Assembly: GCA_049999805.1 (NCBI GenBank) | Contig: JBNGIO010005408.1 | Coordinates: 1-63,241 of the forward strand | DNA: 63,241 bases | Direction of reading: 5' to 3' | Source of the DNA: Folioceros fuciformis | Lineage: Eukaryota | Part shown: positions 13,093-24,847 of the stretch, in pieces | How positions within the stretch are numbered: position 1 is the first letter of the stretch | Layout of the letters: the number at the start of each line of letters is the position of its first letter | Translations under genes and position numbers: made by a program | Notes under the pieces: generated by a model | What the model was told of the DNA's origin: nothing | The model's database searches: none | The model's input: the letters and a program-made list of their open reading frames with translations, nothing else

Positions 13093-15530
13093 TGTTAAAG
13101 TGTATCAAAGTACAAGGGCAGTGGTCTTAAATAGGGTCACTGGGTGTCTCATGTGAAGAGGCACACCTGTTCGTAGATACTAAAAACTATTAATTACGGT
13201 CTACGGTAATTAGCTTATCGATAGGGTTATGGGCAGATTATCCATTCCGTAACACTCCCTCTTAAGCTGGACGTAACCTAGCTAGTTGTCAAGGACTATC
13301 TTCAGCGCTCCCTGTGAAAGTTAGTTCTTCTTCTCCGCCTTAGGTTGTGGTCAGCTGGGGTGAGAAGTCGATCAGGCCTAGCTTGTGCATATGTTGGTAG
13401 TGGCGCAGCTTGGGTAGGCCCTTGGTCAGTATGTCCGTAGCATTGTCCTCAGTACATATATAGGTGGCGTTGACTACACCCCGCTCAACAACATCATGGA
13501 TGTAGTGGTGTTGAATCTCGATGTGTTTTGTCCAGGCATGGAACTTGGGATTTGCAACCAGAGCTAGGGCTGACATGTTGTCACAATGTAGGGGTGTAGA
13601 ATTGTCCTGCTTCTGGTCAATATCAGCCAGAAAGGATCTCTCCCACTCTGCCTCCTTCATAGCATCGGTGAGTGATTTATACTTTGCCTCAATGGAGGAG
13701 AGGGCAATGGAGGATTGCTTCTTGCAACTCCAATTCACAGCTGCTGAGGATAGGAGGAAATATTGGGCACTAAGGCTTTTCTGCAAGTCAAGGTCGGAGA
13801 CCCACTCTGCATCGGTATACCCTATGAGTACCATCTTTCCTGTGCCTTGACTCTTGTAGGCTAGGCCATAGGTGAGGGTCCCCTTAACATAGCAGAATAT
13901 CCTCTTAACTGCTGCCTAGTGAGCTCTTCCAGGTGATTTAAGGAATTGAGACGCTGTGGAGACGAAGTACTGGATGTCAGGCTTGGTCCATCCACTTACA
14001 AAGATGAGGCTACCAATGGCGTGACGATAGGGAACAGATTCCATCTCCTTGGCCTCTTCTAGTGTTTGTAGGCACTGGTCAGCTGTCAATTTTGTGCCGA
14101 CAGCATAGGGGGTGTTGACAGGCCTAGCTTGGTCCAACTTAAACCTTGCTAGGATTTCCTTCATATATTTGTACTAGTGAATGATTAGGTTGCCCTGAGC
14201 TCTATCTCTAAGAATTTGAATTTCCTAAGCAGAATTCCAATTCCCCGGTGTCTTTCATATCAAACCGTGCACTAAGCTGCTGCTTGACCTCCCTTAACAA
14301 AGTTGGGCTGTTTGTTGCGAGGATAAGGTCATCCACATAGAGGGCAAGGAGCAGGAAGTGCGGTCCTTGGGAGAGCCTGTAAACATTGCCATCTGCCGAA
14401 CTTTGCACAAAAGAGGTACAGATCGGGTAAGAGTGCATGGTAGTATACCAGACGCGGCCGCTTTGCTTGAGGCCATAATGCACTTCTTCAATCTCAGGAC
14501 CTTGCATGGGAACTGCTTGCTAACATATCCCTCAGGTTTATCCATATAGAGCTCTGCATCAAGTGCTCCGTAGAGGAATGCTGTGCAAACATCCATCTGG
14601 TGTAAATCCAGATCCAACTCTACAGCCAAGGAGAGGAGGATACGGATGGACTAGGCTCGCACAATAGGAGAGAAGGTCTCCTGGTAATCAAGTCCTTCGA
14701 CTTGAGAGAAACCTTAGGCTACCACACAAGCCTTAAAACGGGCGACCTGGCCCTAGGCGTTTAGCTTCAGCTTGAACGTCCACTTGCAGCTGATCGGCTT
14801 CCTACTAGGAGGTAGGTTGACCAGCTCCCAAGTCTTGTTCTTCACAAGACTCTGATACTCCTCCTCCACGGCGAGCGGCCACTGGAAGGACTCAGGGCTA
14901 GAAAGTGGATGGGTGAGAGTTGTCGGTTCCTCATGCAAGGGAGATGGGGAGAAGTGGGCAGCAAGGAGAAAGCTGAAAGAATCCCTGAAGTCAATGGGCT
15001 GGTAAGGGAGCCACTCTGGTCCGCCCACCATGTCGAGCTGAGCATTCTCAAGGACTTTCTGTGAAGGTTGTCGGACCCATGTCAACCGTCTGGGTATAAC
15101 CGCTGGATCTAGAACTGGGGCTGGCACAGCATCTTGGTGTGGAGGATCAGTTGCCGGAGGTTCATATAAATCTCTCTATTGTAGCTCCCTGTGTGGCTGC
15201 TGGTTAGGGTGATATGAGACAACGATAGCTCGGTCCTGAAAGTCATTGCTCCTCTTAGGTTCAAGGGGAGTAGGGAAAACCAATGGAGGAGCAATGGGAG
15301 TTGCACCACCGGTGTCACAGGAATAAAGGTGCTGGGCTTCGTCCTTATCATTGGAGTCGGACTCAGCAGGATCCACATGAGCCAAATCACCGTCATCCAC
15401 AGGGAAACTTGTCATAGAATCAAGGTCAAGGTGGATAGAATCCGTAACAGTAGGCGCTCCCTCTGAAACTGGAGAAGTTGGCTCTATGAAAGTAACGTTG
15501 CGCGCTAGAGTGATGTCTTGGTCAGCTGAT
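13093..15530 (-). mobile_element. Degenerate Ty1/Copia LTR retrotransposon, 3' half (integrase C-terminus, RT, RNase H, PPT, ~162 bp 3' LTR)
   Basis: ITLARNVTFIE; NKTWELV..P..RKPISCKWTFK; HQMDVCTAFLYG; YGLKQSGRVW; LYVDDL; GYTDAEW; SIEAKY; HCDNMSA; KHIEIQHH. Purine tract AAGAGGGAG abuts an LTR at 13093-13254 with TGTTA...TAACA termini. Many stops and frameshifts. Confidence 0.93.
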
Positions 15531-15726
15531 CTTCATCGGTTATAGCAAAACCACAAAAGCTTACAAGCTTTTCTGCCCTAACCAGCTCCATGTGCACCAA
15601 CCTCTCAACAACCCTCCACTACTCTCCATACGGGGCTACAATTGCGTAAACCAAAACCTCCGCTTTTTATAGACTCGTCCATTATCGCTCATCAACTTAG
15701 TGACACTAATGTGCAATCCAAATTAC

Positions 15727-16077
15727 TAGAATGCACGTCGACACCAAAGCCTAAGTGCGTCAGAGCTGCAATCGAGGGCCTTGGATGAACATGGGACTTT
15801 TGAAATAGTCTTCGGCAATCTTGGGGTCGGTGATGAAGAGCAGGTTGCAAGTGCCTAGATTGAGCAGCATTACTGGCCCATGCGTCTTAGCCATCTCTAT
15901 GATGACTTGGTGTGGCATCTTACCGGTATTCATGAGCTGTGGGAGGTTCCCCACAATCGGCCATCGAGGACGTCCAGGGGTGATAGATAGTGCCTTGTCA
16001 TGGTGGCATGCAAAAAAATTCAATGCCAACCACAATTGAAGTAGGATGAACATTCCAATCACCTCCCAATCCTCCAC
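15727..16077 (-). pseudogene. Orphan first exon of a CYP703-like P450 (paralogue of the 25.4-27.4 kb gene), frameshifted and truncated
   Basis: PGRPRWPIVGNLPQLMNTGKMPHQ..EMAKTHGPVMLLNLG..ITDPKIA. After a 1-nt frameshift it continues IAALTHLGFGVDVHS, matching VAVSEYLGFGIDVHS in the paralogue. No downstream exons; it abuts TE sequence. Confidence 0.85.
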
Positions 16078-16510
16078 ACTCCAACTAGTGAGTTCGATTC
16101 ACGTTACTCTCGGGATCCACTATTATATATTGGGCAGTTGCAAGACCAGGCAAGGTGCCTTGGGTGTGCAGATTGGGCCGCTAAAAGGCATGCTTGCTGT
16201 GCAGTCTTGCACTTACCAAGATAAATGGCCTTGCTCATAGAAAGGAGAAAGTTGAGCATGTATTGAGAGGCTCCCATACAATGCATCCTACACATACTAT
16301 CATATATATATAATAAAGGATAAATATTATAAATATAATTATATAGAATATATGTTATGAAATGTTGTCTTATACTTCTTAGGGCCTATGTCTATATATA
16401 TGTTAGTAGGTTATGGAGTACTAATACGAACAAATGCAGTACACTACTCTTTTTTTTGTCACTAGGCCCACCTTAGTAGTGTACACCATTAGGGTTTCTA
16501 TCAATTTTTA

Positions 16511-16903
16511 TGTTAGGGCTTTGACAAAACACACGAAAACGATAACAAACACCCAATAGCAAACACACAGTAGCAAAAACATGCATCACAAGGAGATCAT
16601 AGGGAGGAGTAACCGTGCACACATGAACTGTGAAGGATCGCTAGAGGAGATGCATGGTGAAGAAGGAGAGGAGAAAGAGAGGTCACACTCTCTCACAAAG
16701 TCTCAATATGCAAGGGAGCTCAAGGGGATATTTATACCCTCTAGAAGAGCTCCCTAGGAAGCTTCACAAGAAGCGCACAGAAAGCTGCGGAAGAAGCTTC
16801 CTACAGATTAGCTTAAGCTAATCTAAACTAATGATACTTAACTAGACACTAATCTTAGACTAAACACATTAGTCTAAATACATTGGGCTTTAATAACCCT
16901 ACA
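16511..16903 (-). mobile_element. Solo-LTR-like element (~390 bp)
   Basis: Minus-strand termini TGTAGGG...CCCTAACA and an internal TATAAATA at ~16730. No clear target-site duplication. Confidence 0.55.
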
Positions 16904-16904
16904 A

Positions 16905-17450
16905 ACTGCTCCATACTTTGCTGGTGTGGAGTAATTCATGCCTGCCAGCCTTGTCCTCTAGCGTATAGCTAATTAAGTTGTGGAAGTTGAGGAGCTCAGT
17001 TGGTCTCCATGCTTTCAATTAAATGGGTTGCAACTTTGTTGACCAGGACCCAGGACTTTAGGCACTTGTGTTGAGCATCTTTCCAGCAATTCAAATTGGA
17101 TCAAAATGTACATAGGTGATTGCCCCTCACAACTTCAAAAGCCCATGTCGCAAACACATGTATCGTAGGGAGGGTAGGGGGAGGAGGAGTTGTGCATGCG
17201 TGAACTACTCCACACTTGTTGGTGTTCAGTAGTTTATGTCTACTAGCCTCCTCCCCCTTCCCTCTAACCCGCAGCCAATTAAGTTGTGGAAGCTGAGGGG
17301 CTCAATTGGTCTATGCCTTTGATTAAATGGGCTGCAACTTTGGCAACCAAGACCCAGGACTTCATGCATGTGTTTTCGCCATCTTTCAAGCAATTCAGAT
17401 GAGATCAAAACATACACAAGTATGATTGCTGCCTCACAACTTCAGAAGGG
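16905..17450. repeat. Diverged direct duplication of a ~245 bp unit (about 16905-17145 and 17205-17450)
   Basis: Collinear shared blocks aattaagttgtggaag, attaaatggg.tgcaacttt, gacccaggactt, gcaattca.at..gatcaaaa and cctcacaacttca. Confidence 0.85.
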
Positions 17451-17939
17451 CTGTTTGCTAGCATCCTACAACAATTACAAACCCATTATACTTGTATGGA
17501 GGAAACACTTGAGGTGTGGAGATAGAGGAGAATGAGCGAATGAGAATGTGCCTTTCTCCTCTTCACCTCGTAGGGAATGCAAGCAAGGGTGTGGCCATAG
17601 ACAGGAATGCATGGAATGGACATCTGCTTCAATGGCTTGTGGCATGGCAAATGCCTGAAAAAAACATCTAAGGGATGGTCAAGAGTGTGCATTTAGGCAA
17701 GAGAGGGCACTAAGGGAACATGACAAGATTGTTTAGAAACATGTAGCAGAAAGATTAATTTATGATTGTTTGTGGACTCGTTATATACAGCTTCAATTAG
17801 CGGTTAAATCGTCTTAACTATCGTAACTATCTTAACAGTATTTTATAACTGCAGAAACTACTTGTGTAGCCCTAAGTTGAACCATGCCCTAACATGTTTG
17901 CCCTCCGTTTCGTCGGCGCATCTTTGGTGGTAGCAACAG

Positions 17940-18290
17940 ATTGAACGCTACCATGATCGTTGGGAACATGACAAGATTGAACGTTAGCAAAATCGCTGGG
18001 AACATGACAAGTTTGAACGTTAGCCGTTAGCAAAACCGCTAGGAACATGACAAGTTTGAACGTTAGCAAAATCGCTAGGAACATGAGAAGGCTGAACGTT
18101 GCCAGGATCACAGGGAACATGGCAAGGCTGAATGTTGCCAGGATTGTTGGGAACATGACAAGGCTGAATGTTGTCAGGATCGTTAGGAACATCACAAGGC
18201 TGAACGTTGCTATGAATGCTAGGAATATGACGAGGCTGGACACATTCCTGACAACATGACAAGGCTGAACGTTGCGAGGATCGCTAGAAA
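17940..18290. repeat. 36 bp tandem minisatellite (~10 copies, GGAACATGACAAGGCTGAACGTT core)
   Basis: The periodicity is visible in the DNA and as 12-aa repeats in three frames (e.g. NVQPCHVPNDPD). A further ~28 bp tandem duplicate (ccctaacaagaaataagtgacagattga) follows at 18325-18380. Confidence 0.92.
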
Positions 18291-19629
18291 CCTGGCATAT
18301 GGAGGATGAATATTCAACCCTAAGCCCTAACAAGAAATAAGTGACAGATTGACCCTAACAAGAAATAAGTGACAGATTGACGGACTCGGACACGTTATGG
18401 CCAAAACATTCTGACGACAGCCGCAAGTTTGTCCCCATATATGGGCGCCCTACTATCGATGCGGGCAGGTTTGTTACGTACAAAAATTTGAACGCCGGTC
18501 AAAACTTTCTGTCAACGTGACCGTATCCGTATTCCATAGTAGGTAAGGTCTTATATATTTCTAAATGATATTCCCACCGGCTTCACCGTCTGCACCTGGC
18601 CCTGCGTTTAAAACTATTGCGAGAAATGAAGGACCACGCTGATCCACTGTGGGTGGCCGCGGAGGGCGCCTGGAAGCGTCCGTGCCATTCCCGCCACTGT
18701 GACGAGTCAGCACGCATGCTACTAGCGTGGTCAGAATGGAGGCTCCACCCACAAATGCTGAAAGGCGGCCATCCTTTCTGGTGAGCGACCCGGGGTCGAG
18801 GGTGGAGTTGGAAGTCGGACTTCGCAGAAAATCGGGTTTGGAAAGGGACGGTTGAAATGGAAACACGGGGAAGGAGTGGGTTGCGTTCCTCCTCGTACAG
18901 GTGTATCGACATCAGCAACGGATCAACGACAGGACGTACACTGCTGGCACCCAAATCGCAACGGCCACTAGCCTGGCAGTTGGCACCGACACAGTAGGAC
19001 ATCGAAACCATGGAGCCTGAGGAGGGAGGAAGAAGGGAATCCAAGGCGTTTCTCTCCTCCGGCCCAGTACTTTCCAGACTGCTTATTATGACTAGGTACT
19101 ACGCCCTGCTGTGTTCCATCTCCACAAAGCCACTCATCTGCTACAGTCCGTGCCTGCTTTCCTTCCAATTTACCCTCCGTATCACCTACCAGATTCCGGT
19201 CCTTTCCACGAGCCGTGGATCGCATCTTCACACCTTTCATGTTCCCGTGCAGAGTCGCGATTTCTCATTCTAGCTTCATTCGGTGGGTCATAACAAATCC
19301 CAGGGGTTTCGTGCGGCTCATGCATCTTATCGCCGCCCAGGTGAAAAAGGTAAGCTTTCATGGAATTTGTTTTGAAGACAAAGACAGTTACATATCTCCT
19401 CCTCCTTACCATGCCATATTGATATTGTATGTTGAAGATCAGGGCAATTTAAGGATGTGGTCTGCAGCTGCTGTGAGCTCTCCTGGCCCTGCCCCGCCAC
19501 AGAATCCCTATCCCAACACTACCGGGCAGTCCTATAAGGAAAAATTTCATGATATGGATTATCATATGCCATAATTACGGCGTTTTCTTATAATGATTAT
19601 TTGTATGAACAGCGCAAGATTACAAGATA

Positions 19630-20270
19630 TCATTTTGGAACGCCACCTGCTGAGGAGAAGAGGTAGAAGGCGGCGTTCCTGTTGAAGCCACAGCCGATGT
19701 TGATGTTGGCGATGTCGCGAAGGGTGGTGACAATGGAGTTCGAGGAAAATAAATTCTCAGTTACGGCTCCAGAAGCACAGGCGAAAGAGCCGGTTCCTCC
19801 CGCCACGGTGTAGTTGTACGGCCCCGGGTAGTCGGGCGTGAAGGAAGGCTCAAATCCTTCGAACTGGATGCTGCTGTTGGGGACCAAGCCGATTGGTTGT
19901 TGAAGGTCAGCGTCACCATGTTCTCGTACCCCGGAAACTCCCGGCTATCGAAGAGGAGGAAACCGTTGCCGCGTCCGATCTCAGTGGAGTTGGGACTCGA
20001 CGAGCTGGTGACGGGCGTGTCAATAGCGTCGATTTGGCCGAACTGGTTCGGTCCCACGGGCGGCACACTCTGCACCTGGCTCAAATGTCCGGGCTGAGTG
20101 TAAAACTGCGGCCAGAATTCTACAACCAACTTTCTTCGTGGCTTAGCCAGCGCGTCGGGGAGGAGGAAGGCCCCGCCCGTACCAGAGGTCACGTCATTAT
20201 GAGCCAGCACGCGTGCCACGAGTGTGGCGAGGACGGAGGCGGCCACCCACATATGCTTGAAGATGGGCAT
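19630..20270 (-). pseudogene. Dirigent-like protein 2 with a single 1-nt frameshift near 19890 (pseudogene or assembly error)
   Basis: MPIFKHMWVAASVLA signal; FGQIDAID..SSSPNSTEIGRGNG..YENMVTLTFNNQS; then, in the shifted frame, LVPNSSIQFEG..VAGGTGSFACASG..GCGF. Collinear with dirigent 1. Confidence 0.85.
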
Positions 20271-20869
20271 GCCAGGAGGTAAGCTGAGCTGGATTAGAGA
20301 TGCAGTGTTGCGTGAAAGGTGAAACTTGCAGGGATTCGGACTCGGGAAGGGAAGCTTGGGCAGGTGCAACTGGACACTGGCACCAGGAATGAGTGCCTCA
20401 GCCCTTCTCTTGTACACCTTATGTAAAGCAAGAGCTGTTCATAGGATGGTGATGCCCAACACGCCGCTAACGTGGCCTGTATGTACTGCCAAGCTTTCAT
20501 TAGTGAGAAGATTCTTCAAACAAATGTTTCCATGTCCACGCCTTCCCTCCTTCCACACGATGGAGGTGCCAAGATAGAATCACGGGAATCTGGTGCGAAA
20601 ATACACGCGATGGGCATCATGGAACATGATGGAAATAAAGTGTGGGAATACGGAAGGTACGAAGGTCCAATCACTGGGCATCTGCTAGAGAGCTGTCTGG
20701 CATAGTCCGGGAGCGATCTGGAACTCGTACAGAGGGCAGGAGTCGTGATGAGATCACACCAGCGTCTGGGTCGTAGCACCTGTCCAAGAGAGATGTCGCG
20801 GTTGATTGACCGCTTTCTCCGACAAGGGCCACAGTCTTCCACCACATTGCTCACAATTTACCTCAGGGA

Positions 20870-21320
20870 ACTTTCCGAAGACGCTCAGCTGCTGCCTCAA
20901 TTTCTTCCATCGTTGCTCCATGTTTGCCACAAGCGATGCTCGCCTTGATAGACGTTGCAAACAGCACTGGCTGTTGGCCCACCAGCCATATCTGCTCCCG
21001 CAGCCATGTGGGATTAAGGGACTTGATATCCACGCCGTCAAGCAGAACCTCCCGGCTTTGTGGATCATAGACGCGTTCAAATTAGACTCACCACAATGGA
21101 CTGGCTACTGCCACTCTTGGCGGAGCTCCGTACATCAAGGCATGCAAAGAGAGAAGTTGGAGAAAGTCTGCACCCCTGGGCGACTGGGATAGTGGAAATG
21201 CACTTGGCGCAACAAGATGTCTCCCTTCAAGTCGGCTATGGTTGTACCACATGGATCAGAAGAATCAATGGGCTGCTTTCTGGCAATCACTTCAAACAAC
21301 TTAAAGGATGCTGGCCATTG
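20870..21320 (-). pseudogene. ABCB (MDR/PGP) transporter NBD1 fragment, degenerate
   Basis: KLFEVIARKQPIDS..LKGDILLRQVHFHYPSRP..FSNFSL, followed by VYDPQSREVLLDGVDIKSLNPTWLREQIWLVGQQPVLFATSIKASIACG. Walker A is corrupted; stops and frameshifts are present. Confidence 0.88.
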
Positions 21321-21364
21321 TGATCTTGAACTCGAAATTTTTTCCGGCTGACATCTAAACGAAA

Positions 21365-22545
21365 AGGAGCATGAGAGCTGTGAGCTGTCGAGTTTGGATC
21401 TTCTCGTTTGTGACACGTATGTGCCTCTAATCCTGCTGTTCGAAGCGGGCCCGATTGCCAGCTCGCAGTCGGGATGAGAGGGCCTGGTGGAGGAGCTCAG
21501 GGAGTCGCTGGCGAGGGTGCCGATGCTCCTCTACCCTCTGTCGGGCGAGGTGGTCCCTGTGGCCGGGCCAGCCGCCGCCTCTGCTATGCAACGAGGCATG
21601 GAGGTGCCGTCTTCATCTCTGCCCTCTGAGTCTGCGTGGACTTCCAACCGGTGCCAGAGGTCTCAGGGATGGGGTACGCGGGGCTGGACATGTGCCCTTC
21701 AGGTTCAGGTACTCATGAACAGACGTCTCTTCGTGTGCGTGTAAGTTTGTATGTCTGTGCTAGCTGTGCAGAATGTCACCGAAGCTCAGCTGTACGTGTG
21801 CCAGGTTACCGGATTCGAGTGTGGCGGCGTCGCCCTCGGGCTCTTCCATTACAGGGAGGCTGGTATCCTGAAGCTGAAAGCCACTGCCGCCGTTACCGCA
21901 ACGACCAACAGGAGCGGGAAAGATTTCTCCAATGTCACTTGCGTTTCCGTGCACTTCTGGCAGAGTGTGACCAGAGTTAGGGTTACGGGTTCCGGTCCGG
22001 GAAGCTCAGACTCGGGCAATGCCGGCACCGTCACATTCGTATGCATCGCTGGTGTAGGTGCCAAGGTGCGGAGGAGCGTGGGTACTACTTCTCCGGATCC
22101 TTCCTCTGTTAGAGTTCTCGACTTCAACAAATTTGCCTGGGCGTCCTGCTTCGGGAACAGCATCATGATCGTGCGAACCAGGGAAGTGGAGGTTAGAGGA
22201 GCTTGTGAGGCAACCGTTGGGATTTTCTCCCTCACTCGTCAGAGACAGTGTGGCCGACGTCCATCTGCGGGAGTACCAAAACTTAACATCACCCTCATGC
22301 CAATGATGTAGCCCACCACTTTATCACATCTTCCAAGAAAAGACTTCCTCTACGATCTGCACTTCTCCTGCCCAGCCTGGCCTGTTGTAGCGCTTCCCTA
22401 CTACACGCGCTTTCCACGCATGGGTGGCTTTGCTGTCTTACTGACCAGTGCGCTCGGCCCCAACAACCTCACCGGAATGCTTCTCGCAAACGCATCTGCC
22501 ATTGCCGGCCTCGTCCTAGACCAAGATTTTCTCCAGAATGTCCAC
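21365..22545 (+). pseudogene. BAHD acyltransferase pseudogene fragments (N-terminal part about 21365-21850, probable C-terminal part about 22330-22545)
   Basis: ELSSLDLL..TYVPLILLF, EELRESLARV..LYPLSG, QVTGFECGGVALGL (breaks off before HxxxD). The later LYDLHF...GGFAVLL...LVLDQDFLQ resembles a BAHD C-terminus. In-frame stop and frameshifts. Confidence 0.75.
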
Positions 22546-23199
22546 CCATCAGAAGTTTCACAAGAACGACAGAGCAGACATGTGTCTTACACTTCACCAA
22601 CGTGCCTGATGTCAACAGTGAATGGAATGCGTGCACACAACCCGATGCATTCAGTTCCTTAACGGCACACACGTTTGAGACTGTGTGCCGCACACAGTCT
22701 CAAACATTCTTGTGCTCGGGTGTGGACACAGTCCCATTGAGTACCAAACCTACAGAAGTACAATCAAGCGAACTTTCGGTCCACAACCCATTCAAAGTCA
22801 GATGCTCCGTAGCCAGACCGTCTGGCATTTCAGCCAACTAGCTATTGTGTACTCCAGTCTGAAGGTCGTCATTGTGGGCAAACTGCCCATTCAAAAAACA
22901 AAATCCAGTTTGTCGACCCATTCTATCATCAAAGATGTAGTCAGTCGTGCTTGTGGCCAACAACGTATTCAATATTAAAAGTCTACTAAGGTCGTCCTTG
23001 TGGCCGACAACCCTTTCAGTACAGTGACCGGTACCGCATTGATTTCAGTATTATGCCCCACGGCCCATTCGGTATTGTGGCCGACAACCCAGCTCTTCCA
23101 AAAAGTGATGTGAACACGGTACTATTATAAGTGACAGTTTTGAAATCCTACTCATCTTTTGGTGAAGCTTCTGCGGGGGATTTCTATTTTGTGAAGTAA

Positions 23200-23660
23200 A
23201 TTGGAGTTGTTAAAGACATCTTGGTTAAATGAACAATTGGAATTTTTAAAGAAAACTTGGTTGTTGCTAAGGAGGGTAAAGAGTCACTTGAAACCTAATG
23301 TGAAGTACGTCGCAATTGTCTGAACTCATCTGGATGCATGATAGAAAGTGTGGAAGACCTCGTACTTGAAGTACATAGCAATTGTCTGAACTCATCTGGA
23401 TGCATGATAGAAAGTGTGGAAGACCTCGTACTTGAAGTACATAGCAATTGTCTCAACTCATCTGGATGCATGTTAGAAAGTGTCGAAGACCACAAGTACG
23501 AGGGGCGATGATGTTTGCCTTTCATATTCACAAATCGAGATGCTTGAGCAACCATATATAAATCAAAAAGAGATTGTTCCCTATCAGACGAATCCTCCTC
23601 CTCTGAACTGGCTTTGAGCAAACTTGTAATGGCCATAACTTTCTTCAAATCCAATAAAAA
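23200..23660 (-). mobile_element. PIF/Harbinger-like transposase N-terminal remnant containing a 66 bp tandem repeat (~2.7 copies, 23313-23490)
   Basis: MHPDEFRQLRRTS..GFK*LFTLLSNNQVFFKNSN resembles the Harbinger FR..FRMS..F..L..HPVF.NNS motif. The 22-aa unit LLCTSSTRSSTLSIMHPDEFRQ is repeated. Confidence 0.55.
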
Positions 23661-23784
23661 TTGCTTTCGGAGCGAGCGGTATGGCACAGTGATGGGCCAC
23701 AACACTCGCGGTATGGCATAGTGATGGACCACAACACACAAAGTAATCAACATCAAACCCTTGGCAAGCCATTCAGTGATGCAA

Positions 23785-24779
23785 TGTTGTCATGCTAAAC
23801 AGCCTCAGCTTGATCAGTTTACTAACAATCATCAAGATTGTGTGAATGAGCTAAATTCTGAGCACTCACTTTCTAGCTAGTCTAGTGGTCATAAACGTGA
23901 CTGCAAGGTAAATGGAAAGTCCATCAAAAACAAAATGGTGGTCCTTGCCAGTCCTGATCCATGGATAGACTTAGCTTGCGTTCACTGAGTCCTTCTCTTT
24001 CGGCTCCTGACACTCACACACACGTTTGTCGTTGCCCATCAACCCGCTGCTTAGCACCTCCATACACCGACACTACCCTGGTGCCCGCGACGGGCACATA
24101 GCTTGCTGGGACTCCTCTGGCGCTTGAGCTGGGTGCCTCCACTCACTGTCCAGCACTGACAATACCCTGATGCCCGCAACGGGACACCATAGCTTGCTGG
24201 AATCCCCTTGACACTTGAGCTAAGTGCCTCAACTCACTGCCCAGCCCTGGCGTCCACCGACGTCGTGCTGATGCTCGCGACGGAGCACCTTAGCACTTCT
24301 GAACTTGCCTACCTGAGCGCTGGGTTTTCGAGTCGTAGTAAGTTCTTCATCTAGCCCCGGTGCGGTATGCTAAGACGGCCAGTCACTCATGCTGACACTA
24401 CAATCCAACCCATCAACGATTTTCACTCTGATTCTGAGCAGTAGATTGACAAGCAGTTTCTTGGCCAGCTACCTTGACCGTAGGCTTAGGCTCAACGAGA
24501 GAACTTCTAACAAATGCGGGACTGAGCCCAGAAGGTCGGCATTTGTCTGTTACGCTTCTCCTAGCCGTTACCCCTAGTCCTCCTATCCTCCATCGTCGCC
24601 ATGCCGCCCACGCTCAAAACCTCTCAACCATTTCGCACAATGATGGCTTTGAACCCTAAACGGGTCACATGTTCCCTGCTTGGCTATCCCTCCTCTACCT
24701 AATCATATAGTTAGACTAATTACACACGATTAGCCTAATTATATCTATTAGGCTAATTAGATACCCTAATTAATCAACA
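23785..24779. mobile_element. ~1 kb LTR-like insertion (TGTTG...CAACA) lying among copies of a ~42 bp repeat
   Basis: Inverted termini. The motif agtaatcaaca(c/t)caaacccttggcaagccattca.tgatgca occurs at ~23742, 24792 and 24921. Internal duplication at ~24075/24163. No TSD seen. Confidence 0.5.
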
Positions 24780-24837
24780 TGGCTTGACATAGTAATCAAC
24801 ACCAAACCCTTGGCAAGCCATTCAGTGATGCATTGGA

Positions 24838-24847
24838 NNNNNNNNNN
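24838..24847. other. Assembly gap (10 N)
   Basis: Run of N characters. Confidence 1.

Noticed and set aside
17872-18333. 153 aa apparent multi-TM protein
   Set aside because: It is the translation of the 36 bp minisatellite, which is open in several frames.
18561-19574. Overlapping ORFs on both strands
   Set aside because: GC-rich and coding-like, but no frame gave a recognisable protein; left uncalled.
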